Below are positions 1 through 11,100 of a stretch of DNA of 64,000 nucleotides, in pieces. Each line of letters begins with the position of its first letter. Position 1 is the stretch's first letter. Below the pieces are notes generated by a model. That model saw only the letters and a list, made by a program, of their open reading frames with translations, made no database searches and was not told the DNA's origin. The position numbers were made by a program, and so were the translations under genes. Origin of the DNA: Raillietiella orientalis (taxonomy: Eukaryota); assembly GCA_036172245.1 (NCBI GenBank), contig JAYWIR010000055.1, positions 434,001-498,000 on the forward strand, given 5' to 3'.

Positions 1-559
1 GCCATGAGATTCAAGAGTTATAATTTTCGTTATTCTTATCAGTACGTTGTGATTGAAAATTAAGAGGCTGTGGCGGTTAGCCGTGCCGAGTGGAATCTCA
101 GACCTCGGCTGTGCTCAAGTGTTTTGGTCGGTACGTTGGGTTGTTGTGTACATCTCACGAGAGAATCTTTGTGGAATGTCCCTCGTACGGTTTGCTTTGC
201 TGCTGTGTCCAATTTCAACCAAAAGTTCCGGTTTAAGTCCTGTGAATATGATAAACCAAGGATTCAAAAAAATATTCATTACTCTCTGTTCAGAACCAGC
301 CATTTATAATAAGATGTTCGGCATGTGCACGAAAATTTTGGGAATTTTGTAAAATAGGAAAACGAAATTATTTTCCCCGAAAATCAGTGATGAATTCTTA
401 CATTATTTCATTGCTTACTATAGGGTTTTGTTTTCATGCCATCCCGTGCTCTATCCATGTGACATTGAGCAAACCGTATTTCTGGAATTTTATGGATAAC
501 TTAACTCAAAAATCACACAACGGGTACAGTTTTTAGTACAGTTCCTCAGTTGAGTGAAG

Positions 560-1560
560 TATACGATTGACAGCGGAATTGACAAAAAATCCAAGTTTTC
601 TGGCAGTTGTTTTCAAATCATATAAAAAGTATTCCTTATGTTCATGAACTAATGATTTGCTTTAAGGCAGTTTTGTAGGATTTTCCCTTGCTTCAAGGAG
701 GTTTTTTGTATCAGTTATTACATACAACTTTTGATGTTTTTTTAGAGCAGTTCACTGATTCTTTATCACAACTGTTGCTTGTCAGTTTGTCAATGTGTGT
801 GTGCATTTTTTTCTTGTTACTTCACAGACTTCCATTAATGAACAAGAATGATTCAGTTATATCTGAACCATTGAAATACTAAGTGTGATAGCTAATTATG
901 AGTGCACAATCCTTGCTTTCTACCCTTTGTGCTTTTGTAAAGTTTTTTACATCTTGGTTGTATACAAGAAGAAAAATATTCTTCATTCTGCCTCATTGAG
1001 GCAGGTAATTTGAGACCAGTACATTGCTTAAAAAAATTCACAAAAATACAGTGAAAACTCGAAGGCTTTCGAAAGCAGTTGCCAATATGAATTGTTCACC
1101 TTTGTGTAATGGTGGTAAGAGGAACTAAATACCACTTTGACAATCAAAACATGTTGATTGTGCTATTGGTTATGGTTATCAAAGTTAACTCCATGATGTC
1201 TGCAAATTTTAGGGTGCTTTAGACAGAACTGTAAATGATAAAACCAATAATTCAAAAAAAAAAAAGAAAACTTTCTTCGATAATTTTCGAGTGCTTATTG
1301 CAGACCTACTATTGATTTAGGACAAAGTGGTACACATTTTTCACATGAAATCACTGTTTCATGCACAATTAAGAAATGTCTTATGAGGAAACAAAATTTC
1401 ACAAATGCTTGCATTTTTGAACAAAGAAATATAAAAGGGGAGAATATCCACAAGAAATGATACACCACTAAAGTACAATATAGGCATGTCATGAATCCCT
1501 GACACCGGCAGGTATAAAACAGGACTACCAAATTATCATTGCTTAGAACATCATGAAAAC
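560..1560 (-). mobile_element. Heavily degraded DNA transposase relic, possibly Sola-like
   Basis: Interrupted minus-strand translation with SCEKC, CFDCQSGI*FLLPPLHKGEQFIL and NIFLLVYNQD, in the order of remembered Sola-type motifs (DTCxxC, FDxQxxLPLP...FY, YxYxE). Many stops. Confidence 0.3.
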
Positions 1561-2473
1561 AAGAAATACAAGAACACATCGAGTTGGAGAAATTTAGATT
1601 AAAGCATCAAACTACATGTGATGCATCAAGAGTGATTTGAGGTTTTGCATGGAATTTTAGTCTTAAAATAAGATGGATATTTGCAAGCAAAGGACTGCAA
1701 CCTAAATGGAATAAGTCCACATTGTAAAGTGAATCGTTTCCTCAAATTGCAATACAAAGCAACAAGTACAAGCAGAAATAAAAATGAATTTGACAAGCTA
1801 CATGCTAAGAATTCAGTTATAAAAATGCACAGCCTTGACTTCATTTTTGCTATTTGTAGGTGGAAATTAGAAATTACATTAGAAAATTAGAAATTACATT
1901 TTCTTAAATATTAACATCAAGGTACTGGAGGCAACAAAGTAACAATCGTTAGCTAAGCTGAGAAGTTGCAATGCTTATGATGTTTCTCAACACAGCCAAA
2001 GATCAGATGGTGAACTTCATGCAGGTAATGCCTAAGATTCTTATGGAGTGTTGTTGCTTTAAGGCTGCTTAAAACATGGCATGGAAGCAATATGAAAAAT
2101 AACTGAGCTTTGTACACAAAAATGTAAAAACGTGGAAAAAATTAAAACCAAGCATTTGTGAAGTTTTTACAAATACAAACTAAAACAAACATGATGACAA
2201 GGAAACACGTATGCCCAAGAAAGTATCTCTTGGCTGCTGTTTTAAAAGTTCATTTTGTATCTGGCAAGAGAGGAAATCCATCTCCCCAAATGCATCTTAA
2301 TAAAGAGAACTTGGAAAGTCTTTCCAAATTTAAGATAAGTTTTGTTTTCTTTCTTTCTTTCTTTTTCACGATCTTGGTTTCCTAAAATTGCTCCTAATAT
2401 CACCAAATTTCATGTTCTTAGTATTTTCTGAGATGACAAAGCACCTGATATCTGATACGAAATTTTTAAAAAA

Positions 2474-2523
2474 AATACCAGTTTTGATCTGCATACTAAG
2501 GTATGCAGACCAAAACTGGTATT
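2474..2523. repeat. Inverted repeat / hairpin with 23-bp arms and a 4-nt loop
   Basis: aataccagttttgatctgcatac-taag-gtatgcagaccaaaactggtatt. The single arm mismatch becomes a G-U pair on the minus-strand RNA. Confidence 0.85.
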
Positions 2524-2701
2524 CATTTTAACAATGAAAATATTAAACTCTAGTTATGAAATCTCTGCATAAAACAAAGACTTTTTTTGTTTTGTTTTTT
2601 GAAAAAGGGGGGGGGGGAACTTCAATGGTCTACAGTGAAATATAAACCCAACTTGAATACAGGAAAACATTTCCATATTACATGAACTACAAATGACATT
2701 T

Positions 2702-2707
2702 TTTATT
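2702..2707 (-). promoter_or_regulatory. Candidate polyadenylation signal of synaptogyrin
   Basis: AATAAA on the minus strand ~240 nt downstream of the stop codon. Confidence 0.4.
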
Positions 2708-2948
2708 TCAACAACATTTACCATAATGTTTGCTGCTAAACAAAAACTAACAGACTTTAGGCCTCATACACTAAACATTAGCATCACATGCAAAAACACT
2801 GCAGGCCATTTCAAACCGATATGGAGACAGTACAAATATACAGCCACTGATACATAAATCTTGACTAGTATAGGGGATAAGAACCTGCCAAACATATACG
2901 AGTTAAACAACTGAAGTGGTTCACAAGAACCTACTCTGGACCTATATG

Positions 2949-4420
2949 TTAATTCCCAAGTTTAGTGGGTGCAAACGGTGGATCCTGGTAACCTCCAATA
3001 GGATCTGGTCCACCAGGATAGGAGAAATTTGAATCTCTGACATTAGTTGGGTCAGGTTCATAATCTGGAGCAAATGCTTGACTGGCACCTTGACGATACT
3101 TCAGAAATGCTAAGAAAGCTATGCTACCCTAAACAATGATACAATGTACTACTTCAGTTTATTATTCCAAGTTTCCCAATTTAAAATATAAATATCTTTC
3201 ATGCAACAATTGCTAAAAACTAAAGATTAAGCACAAATACTTTATTTTTATCATGCTGTTTTTAATGTCATTCAGAATACAAACGCTGAATGTAAAACTC
3301 ACCCATGAAAATATGGAGAAAAAACTAAACGCAATCGCAGCTCTTGCATTATTTGCTCCAAAGTCTGGTGAGGTGCTACGTTTTGCCCACTTGTTTGTTA
3401 AATAACAAAAACTAATAAAATACAGGAATGAAAAAAAACCTAGAATAAGCAACATTGAAAATACAAAAGTTTAAAAAACAAATTACAGTGTAGTTCTATT
3501 CAACAGACAACACTGCATGTATAAATTTGGGTGATAATTAACTAATATGCTAGGATTATTGCAAAATATTTCCCTATGAACTGAAAATGTTGAGTTTGGA
3601 AAATTCAGCCATTTATTTATGGTTACATTTGTAATCGAAAGCGTAAGACTATATTAAGTCATCAAGCATCAAAAATTTGCTCTTTTTTTTTTTTTTTAAA
3701 TGTAACGCTGATTTTTCAACATTTGATTAACCATAATTATAACACCTTACTAAAAGCAACACTTTTTTAAGAGGAAAAAAATTTACGTATGAGATATAAT
3801 CACGGTACAGTTTGTATCAAATTTTTTCTTCTGCAAAATTACCTGATGATGCCAGGTCATACATGACATAGCGCCTTCTAGTTTTAGCACTGGAAAACTG
3901 TGCAAACATAGCATCACCAATTAAAAATACAATTGATGTCAAGAACGCAAGAACACTTATAGTGACAGCATAGCTGCATGCATTTGAATCGTCGTTGTAT
4001 ATGCATTTTTCTGAATTGTTATCAGCAATCCATCCTTGAGAAGAAATGCATCCAAATACTACAACTGCAAAAAGCTAACAAAATATTAAAATCAGATCCA
4101 CATATCTTTCAACATTTAAAACATCTTTTTTTTTTCTTCTGACACCTTAAACTGAATCAAACCATTCTGATACACCGAATACTTTACAGCAAATATGCAC
4201 CTTTTTGTGCTTAACATTGCCAACACACTTATGCGTATTTTTACATTTTCGGAAATACATTATGTTCCATATACATTATTCTATATAGAGCAGACACCAA
4301 TAAAAATAACAATACATATACCCAGGATAATAATCTCAGAAGGGTTTGTGGTTTTCCTATAAATGCAACCGGATCAAATGGAGTTCCTGCTTTACCAGCA
4401 CCATACACACTTCCATCCAT
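2949..4420 (-). CDS. Syngr: Synaptogyrin (MARVEL-domain tetraspan vesicle protein), 4 coding exons, 215 aa
   Basis: Exons 4322-4420 (MDGSVYGAGKAGTPFDPVAFIGKPQTLLRLLSW), 3843-4074 (LFAVVVFGCISSQGW...DLASSG), 3303-3439 (FFSFLYFISFCYLTNKW...NNARAAIAFSFFSIFSW) and 2949-3128 (GSIAFLAFLKYRQG...PPFAPTKLGN*). All introns are GT-AG, phases match, total 648 nt. YGAGKAG..FDP and AAIAFSFFSIFSW are synaptogyrin hallmarks. Confidence 0.93.
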
Positions 4421-4861
4421 CGTACTTAAGTAAAATTGTACTAAAGGATTCAAAAATCTAAAATATGATGATGTATTAAACACTCGAAAGGAATGGAATC
4501 ACTTGTGTATCACCAACTGTTCGCAGAACCCGTACAATACACTTGCGATAACACTACAGTTTAGACAGGCAAGAAAGCAAACATCCCTTTTTCAGCTGAT
4601 TGAAAACAAAGCGTTGCCATGTGATATTTTCAATTACAGGTTTTATGTGATTTTTGGAAATGGACTTGAAGCAAAACAGTAATTAATGGCTCAGAAGTCA
4701 TGTTCCGTCATCAAAATATCCTTAAATATTCAGGAAAAGTGATTCCGCCCATTTGGTAATTCGGTTCTTTGCACTCTTTTTCTTCTTTCCTTGTAAGTAG
4801 TTGAGCAAAAGTATATCGACAGATCCCGATCCTAAGCAAGGAAAATGAGCGTGTATTATTA

Positions 4862-5164
4862 CAGGGTGCATCAGAGCTTCTCAAAGAGAAACTCTAGTAA
4901 CTTCGTGCTGTATCTTCGTGCATTCTACTCAAGTGTTTTCCGGGTTTTCGCTTTCACATAATCGAGTATTCTTAGGGTCGTTCGTTTCTTTGACTGCTCT
5001 CTATTGAATCCATATTCAAGTTTGTAAACACGAGAAATGAGGAGTGTTCTTGGCTTCTTTTCTGCGAATTTCATGCCTCGTATCGTTTTTCGATCGGTAG
5101 GCTCATATTAGTTTCATTTTATATATTAAATCATATCGTGCTGTGGTTTACAGAATGCACCCTG
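4862..5164. mobile_element. Tc1/mariner-type MITE (~303 bp)
   Basis: Terminal inverted repeats CAGGGTGCAT...ATGCACCCTG, preceded by TA and followed by TG (mutated TA target duplication). Non-coding interior. Confidence 0.55.
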
Positions 5165-5282
5165 TGATTTCAGGATCATTACTCCACCAAAGTTTTTCAG
5201 TTTGCAATATTGTCTCATGAACTTGAATTTTTAGCACTTTGAATTCTTATTTCCCCCTCCTTATCACGTACAGTTTATCATT

Positions 5283-7015
5283 TCACAGTTCACGAATAGT
5301 TTGTAATAAAATGGGACGGAATGTAATTTGAGCATTTCTTCCAATTAAAACTGTCAACTGCATGCTATGATTTCGGACTGAGCCGTCACTCGCGTTCTCT
5401 AAGTAATTTCGAGTGCACACATCCTTCAAAGTTTCTAATTTTTTCTCTTTTTGTCTGCAGATCCTGAGATTTACCGAAGTAGCAGACACTGTCTCAGGTA
5501 CTTAGATAAATTCATTTATTACAGAGCTTGTTCTGCTTGTCGTTTTTTTTTTTAAGGAAAAAAAAAGAAAAGAAAAATCTGATGAAGTGTGAAATTACGT
5601 TTAAGACTTTTTTGCAAATGGCTTGGATTCCTTGATTGTCTTTGTAGACATTTTGAATTCAAAACAGCAATCTATGAGTCGAGATACATCGTTTCAAACT
5701 TTTGTTACTCATCCGGTTTCCACTTGAAAAGCTTTTCATAAGAGCTCTCATTCTCTTCACGTAAACACGAAGCAAATGAGAGATCTCTTTGAACAGCTTT
5801 ATCAAAATCACGAAAAAAACAGATTCAAGATTTCAATTTTGCCTTCAGAAATTAACGCAATGCGTGTTAGAATTTTCCAAAGATTATCTGCTGCAGGCAA
5901 AATGCATTTCTTTGTGTTTAGAGCATGCTAGAGTTCACGTCTGGAAAATGCAAGGCCGTTGAAGAATATCAAATACATCATCATAAAATAAGCTGTCATT
6001 TTTGAGTTTACAGCGCTCCTCCTTGTATCGACTTTATCAAATTTATGAAACTCCTCAGAAATCCGGTGTAAAGTCTGTATTTAACCTTTAGACATACAGT
6101 GTGCAGACAATCTATATGTTAGCACGTGTTACTTGTACAGGGCGTTTTTATTTGTTCTCCAGATGAGTCATCATCTTGAAGTGATTAATACAAAGAATTT
6201 GTAGACGTTTAGTCGGCAGCTGATGCGTGACCATTATGTGCGCTTCTGTGACCATTACGTGTGCTATTTCACAATGGAGAATTTTTCCAAAGGTGCTTTC
6301 TAACTGTCGAGTGCTCAAAGACATTCTGGACACTGTTTGTGCACGCTGACTTACAGCTTGCATGTTGTGGGGTCACTTTGCCTGCTATGCCGCTTGTACT
6401 GATCGTTCGTACATCGGTTAAATATGATGACGTCTTTCAACGAGTATTCCACTTTTTTCCACCGAGTCCGTTTCTACGTGGAGAAACGCAGGTTGAGCCC
6501 TGCGGAAGCGGAAGTGGAGTCACGTGCCATCGGAAGAACAAAAAAGAAAAAACGTTGCATTTGGCAGATAGGAGGAACATCTCCAGCAAACCTTTGCAAT
6601 AGGTGGCTTCGGAAATTGGCTGCACCAATCGTGGGGGCACGCCTTGGCTGGAAGTATTTGAAAGCGAGGAATAGGTAGGAAACGAGCCGGAAACGAAACG
6701 GGAGAAGAACGGGAAGGGATTGGCCGAAAGGATGGTGCTAAGACGGCTGCCTACGGGTGCGCTCTGCTGTGCTCCGAAATCAGGGACAGAACCGTCCCGG
6801 AACTCGGGAAGGAAATTGGGAGAGTGAAATGAAAGCGAGCGAAGGCCTACTTTGCGGGATAACACAAATTTGCGTCTCTGTAGAAAGTTTGCAGGGTGGC
6901 GATTATTTGAACAACCGCTTAAGAGTTTACTGCCGTGGATCACATCATAAATGTTGGAGCAGCACCCGGGTCCAGCTGCATTTCCACCCTGAAATGGAAT
7001 CGGGACTGTCGTCAC
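5283..7015 (-). mobile_element. Degraded hAT (Charlie/ZBED5/FAM200-like) transposase relic
   Basis: Colinear remnants of remembered hAT motifs: CCSNIYDVIHGSKLLSGCSNNRHP (CxxC...MKPSKLKRHLETKH), RLSTILSAN (IPLSxNT), QPISEATYCKG (QLDESTDVSG), FLFF (FLFC), KRPVQ (KTRP), HALNTK (LNELNTK), QTKREKIRN (C-terminal dimerisation region). Stops and frameshifts throughout. Confidence 0.5.
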
Positions 7016-7375
7016 GGGAAGGCGGGCGGAGAAGAGACTTCCTGTTTTCTGTGCACGTTCAGAACGATCAGGGAAAATCCGCCGAGCAGACGGATGATCG
7101 GGGTCGTTGCCGCCAAGGAAGATTCTGAAAGACTAAGGACGTCCTTCTTCGGGAATGGTGACGCGAGCTTTCCCGAAGAAGCGTTCCTCAGGGTGTTCTC
7201 AAAATAAATTTCTATTTGAAGGTTGATAAGCAATAATTTAAACATGGTTTTCGTGTAGAATCGAGCTGCGTGATCAGGAGAGGTTTCTTCCTCTTGTCGT
7301 GGCGCTTAGATGCGAGTTCGTCCGAGTGCAATGCTTCCTGAGAGGGTTTCCCGAAGTTGCGAAACTGCATCCATC

Positions 7376-7441
7376 CTAGTTTTTGTTGAGGTAATGGATG
7401 ACGTAGTGAAGGACGACATCGTAGCAGTATTTGTACTCCGT
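7376..7441 (-). CDS. Ptp36E: Ptp36E-like last coding exon (TEYKYCYDVVLHYVIHYLNKN*)
   Basis: cag acceptor; TAG stop at 7376-7378. Confidence 0.92.
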   Translation of the reverse strand, partial: TEYKYCYDVVLHYVIHYLNKN

Positions 7442-8103
7442 CTGCAAGCAGAAACTGCGACGATAGATGGAAGCGTTCCCTGCTCTTACAACCATGTTGT
7501 CCACAAGCTGTGGCCGGTTCTTTCGGATCGTCTTCACCGCCTGGAACACGTCGACTTCCTCGTGCTGTATCACCTGCTCTATGCAAGCGTTCGCGGCGCA
7601 GTAAACGCCTGCTCGCGACCTCCCATCCCTAAATCAGAAAGCCACAATGGACCACATCCCCTCATCCGTCCTTTCGTACAGGGATACGACGACCACCGGT
7701 CCGTATCCAGTCTTCTGTCTCCACCTCTCGACCATGTTCATGAGCTCGACGAAGGAGTTGGTCGATGTCGGCACTTTGTGGCCGACAGGCCAGCAGGAAA
7801 GCTGGAAGAGTTGGCATGTCTTGCTCTCTGCTTTCACTCCGGCCATCAGCTCAGTCAGGGAGACGATCTGAAACATCGGTGACCGCGGCTGTCCTTCCGA
7901 AAGGCGGGCAAGGAGGCGGCGGATAAGCGAGGGTGGTGCAAGATCCGGACCCTTAGCCGAATCCCAGTCGCCTCGGATCGTCGAGGCGCTCTCGGTGGGA
8001 AGACGGCACCGTGGCAGAAGGCATCCGCAACGGCGCGCTTCGCGGCCCGTGGTTCACGGTGACGCGGAGGAGCAACCCGCTCGGTAGTGAAAGCTGCGCG
8101 TCT

Positions 8104-8134
<31 letters not shown>

Positions 8135-11100
8135 CGTCGCTGCGGGGACTGCGCAAAGTCGACGGCGGGTGCGCGTGCGCTGCGCGCGCTTCCCGGAAAC
8201 GACCCGAGGGCAGCAACCGGAAGCCGCCGCAGAATTCGATCTTCCTCGCAGTGCAGGAAGCAGCGGGCGGCAACTTTCGAATTCGATCAGCGGGCTGGAA
8301 ACGCGCCGGACTCACCTTCTTGTCTATTCGAAACACCCAACTTTTGATGTTTGGATATTCCTGCTTGGAGATCTGCGTCACGGTGAACACCGGGCCGTAT
8401 TTCCGGAAACGGGAGCTGTCGGGCCAGAAATGCGGGAATTGCTACCGGAAAGAGAAGATGTTCGTGAGGGGGGTCGTGAGGCAGGGCGCCCGCGGCTCGC
8501 TTCGCTTGCAGGCATCCGACGACGGACGGTGGACGCTCGCGCACACCCCCACCCACGGGATGTGCAAACCTCAGCGGCGCGCGCGGAGGGGTCGGGAACG
8601 CCCGCTTGCAGCTTTTCAGGACTGTCCAGATGAAGGGACCGATCCGCTGAGCAGTTCGAACCGCCCAAGGCAGCCCCGTTTTTGAAACGAGGCGGGAACG
8701 AGCAGCCGCCCTTGCAACTTCCGTGACATGCACGCACGGGCGTGTATGTTCCTTCGAGTACGCCGCACACGCCCGCATTTTTGGAATGGCATGCATAGAA
8801 TGCACATCCGTGTGCGTGCGTGTGCCGAGCAGCAGAGATCACACAATGCGTGGTAAGAAGGAAGAAGAAAAAAAAAAAAAAAAACAGAATCTTCGGCATT
8901 TTTTTCTCCTCCTGGTTTTGCCTTGTCTTTTCGTGAATTTTCTGAGGGTGAGCTTCTCGGGTGAGCTCTCGTTGACAATTTTCCATGGCCATCGACTCAC
9001 CGCTGCAGGCACCTTCTCTGCAGAGTGCCGAAGAGTGCTTACTTCTCGGGAAGAGGTTCTGCAGAGCTTGCAGATTGCTCCAGGGTGCGGATCGACGAAC
9101 TCTTTGAACTGGCAGAGCTGCGGTGCACGCGGTGCAGAAACTCCCGCAGACTGTTTGCTGGGACGCGGAGGCACTCGGGGGCTTCTTCACGGCTCGAGCC
9201 GGCCACGGAACCTTGGCCCTCCCCGCCTCCCAGGTGGAACCCTTGAGCGGCTGCTCGCCCCCGGCGCGTGAAGGCCGGGTCTTTGGTTCCAGCTCGCAGG
9301 CCCGGGAGTCACAGAGTCCACAAAAGCACTTTGGTCTTGGTGGTGACGATGGAGATGGTCGGGTGACCCCCACTCAAGGTAGCTCGTAGGAACCACCGTT
9401 TCCCTTTGCTGGTGGATGAAGTGCGGGTGGCCGGGGGCGAAGTTGGCGAGGTGAACTGAATTTCGCGAGGGAATTCGGTTGTCGTTTCTCGTTCGTAGTC
9501 TCCGTGGAGACGACAGGCTTTCATCGGGGAAACCACTGCGTGTGCGGTGGAAAATGGTGTGCTTTGGCGCCGTTGCTTTGTTGAGAGGCGGCTGCATGGA
9601 AGAGGAATCCTTCCGGATCACTCGCAGAGGCTGTCATCCCGCTGCTGCCCTTCAGCAGCTACTCTCCAGCGAAAGAGCTTCGATTCCTCCTCACGAAGGT
9701 GACCACCTACGATCTCCGAACGCCAGCAGTCGGCATCCTGAGATCTGTACCCGGGTTGATGGAGGATACATATCCCCGCTTCCAGGTAGCATGCGGCTGA
9801 TCCAGTGGTCCCCTTTCCTGCCTCACCAGGCCTGCAGTCGGCCTGGGAGAGGCCCCGAGGGAGACCCAACGCCGGCCGTGAGAGCATCTCTTCGGAGTCT
9901 CCTCCGCTGCCGGTCGCGTGCTCCTCTTCCCGGGAAGATGGGTTTCCTCTCGCGCCCTAGGCGCCTTTGGCCGGAAGCTCCCCCGCTGTGTGAAGGTGAG
10001 TGGGCGCAGGCAGAAAGCCCGTCCCCCTGAGCCACCGCACAAGCATGAGCAGTGCCCAGCTGCGGCTGACTGGAAGCGCCCTCTCCCTCGCTTTTCTGGC
10101 GTTCCGAGTCCTCGCACAACGGCGCGCCATGGTCCTCTCGACCTTCCTCCGGCAATCCCTCTGGAGCAAAAGTCCTCCCCCAAGGATCAAGATCCCTGCA
10201 ACAGTCTCTCGGCAGTCTTCCTGGGTGCACGGGAAGGAGGATGGGGATGGAAGAGCCTGGAACATGGACTGGCCGCCTCAAGAAAGAGCGGCTCCCGGGT
10301 CCTCCGGTACAAGATCGCTTCCCTCCCCATCTGCAGAGGACACGTCGGCGGTTTCTACCCTCGATGCGGGGGTCGGAAGATGCGCCACACTGTGGTCAGG
10401 CACGGCGTCAAACCATCTCAAATCGGCCACGCGCCTGCACACAGGGTGGCGGCAGCAGACCCAGTTGCGGCCTTCCGAGCACGCCGAACGGCAGATCGGA
10501 AGCGCAGGTTTTGCGAAGGGTAACGGGGGAGGTCGCGAGGCGCGCGGGGACAGGAGCACCGAGGTGGAGCGTCCACGGGCGAGCCACGGAGGCGGCGTGC
10601 GGGAGGGTAGGGCAGCGCGCGCGCCATTCTTGAGATGAAGCGGGCGGTTTGCTCACCGATGCGGGCACCTTGTCGCACAACACGACGACCGAGTTGCAGT
10701 TGTGGTCGTAGACCAGCGACCAGAAGTCGGAGATGGTGTTGTGCAGCGGCCACTCCGTCACGATGTACTCCTTGGGGTAGGTGTACCCCTATCGAATAGG
10801 TCGTCTGATTAGCACACCAGGCAGCTCCCTCTGCATCGGGAGTGGGGGTAGGGTTGGGATTTTCTTCTTGCTCCTCGAAAAATGGGGTGGTCGGGTGACG
10901 GGACGCGAGCAGGGACCTCCGAGACTCCGGGCAGCTGGGGGCACGTTTTGCAGTGGCCGGAGGGTGCAGCGATTCTTGCTGCCCACGGACGGCCGGAGAC
11001 ACCCTTGCAGGCGTGGGGAACTCCGTGTGGCGCCAACGGGGTGGTGAACTGCACCTCCCGAATTTCGCACCTGCGAGGCAGTCGCGAAGTTGGGGAGGGT

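Noticed and set aside
2866..2933. Possible extra synaptogyrin terminal exon (GSYPLY*) behind a ~49-nt GT-AG segment
   Set aside because: The upstream exon already stops at 2949-2951 and no strong in-phase donor precedes that stop. It could be a 3'UTR intron but is unsupported.
6227..6262. 21-bp tandem duplication (gtgaccattatgtgcgcttct / gtgaccattacgtgtgcta)
   Set aside because: Ordinary local slippage duplication inside the hAT relic.
6300..7300. Chimeric assembly of two organisms at the GC step
   Set aside because: An apparently single hAT relic spans the step, the change is graded over ~1 kb, and both sides carry arthropod-type spliced genes. Read-level confirmation is still desirable.
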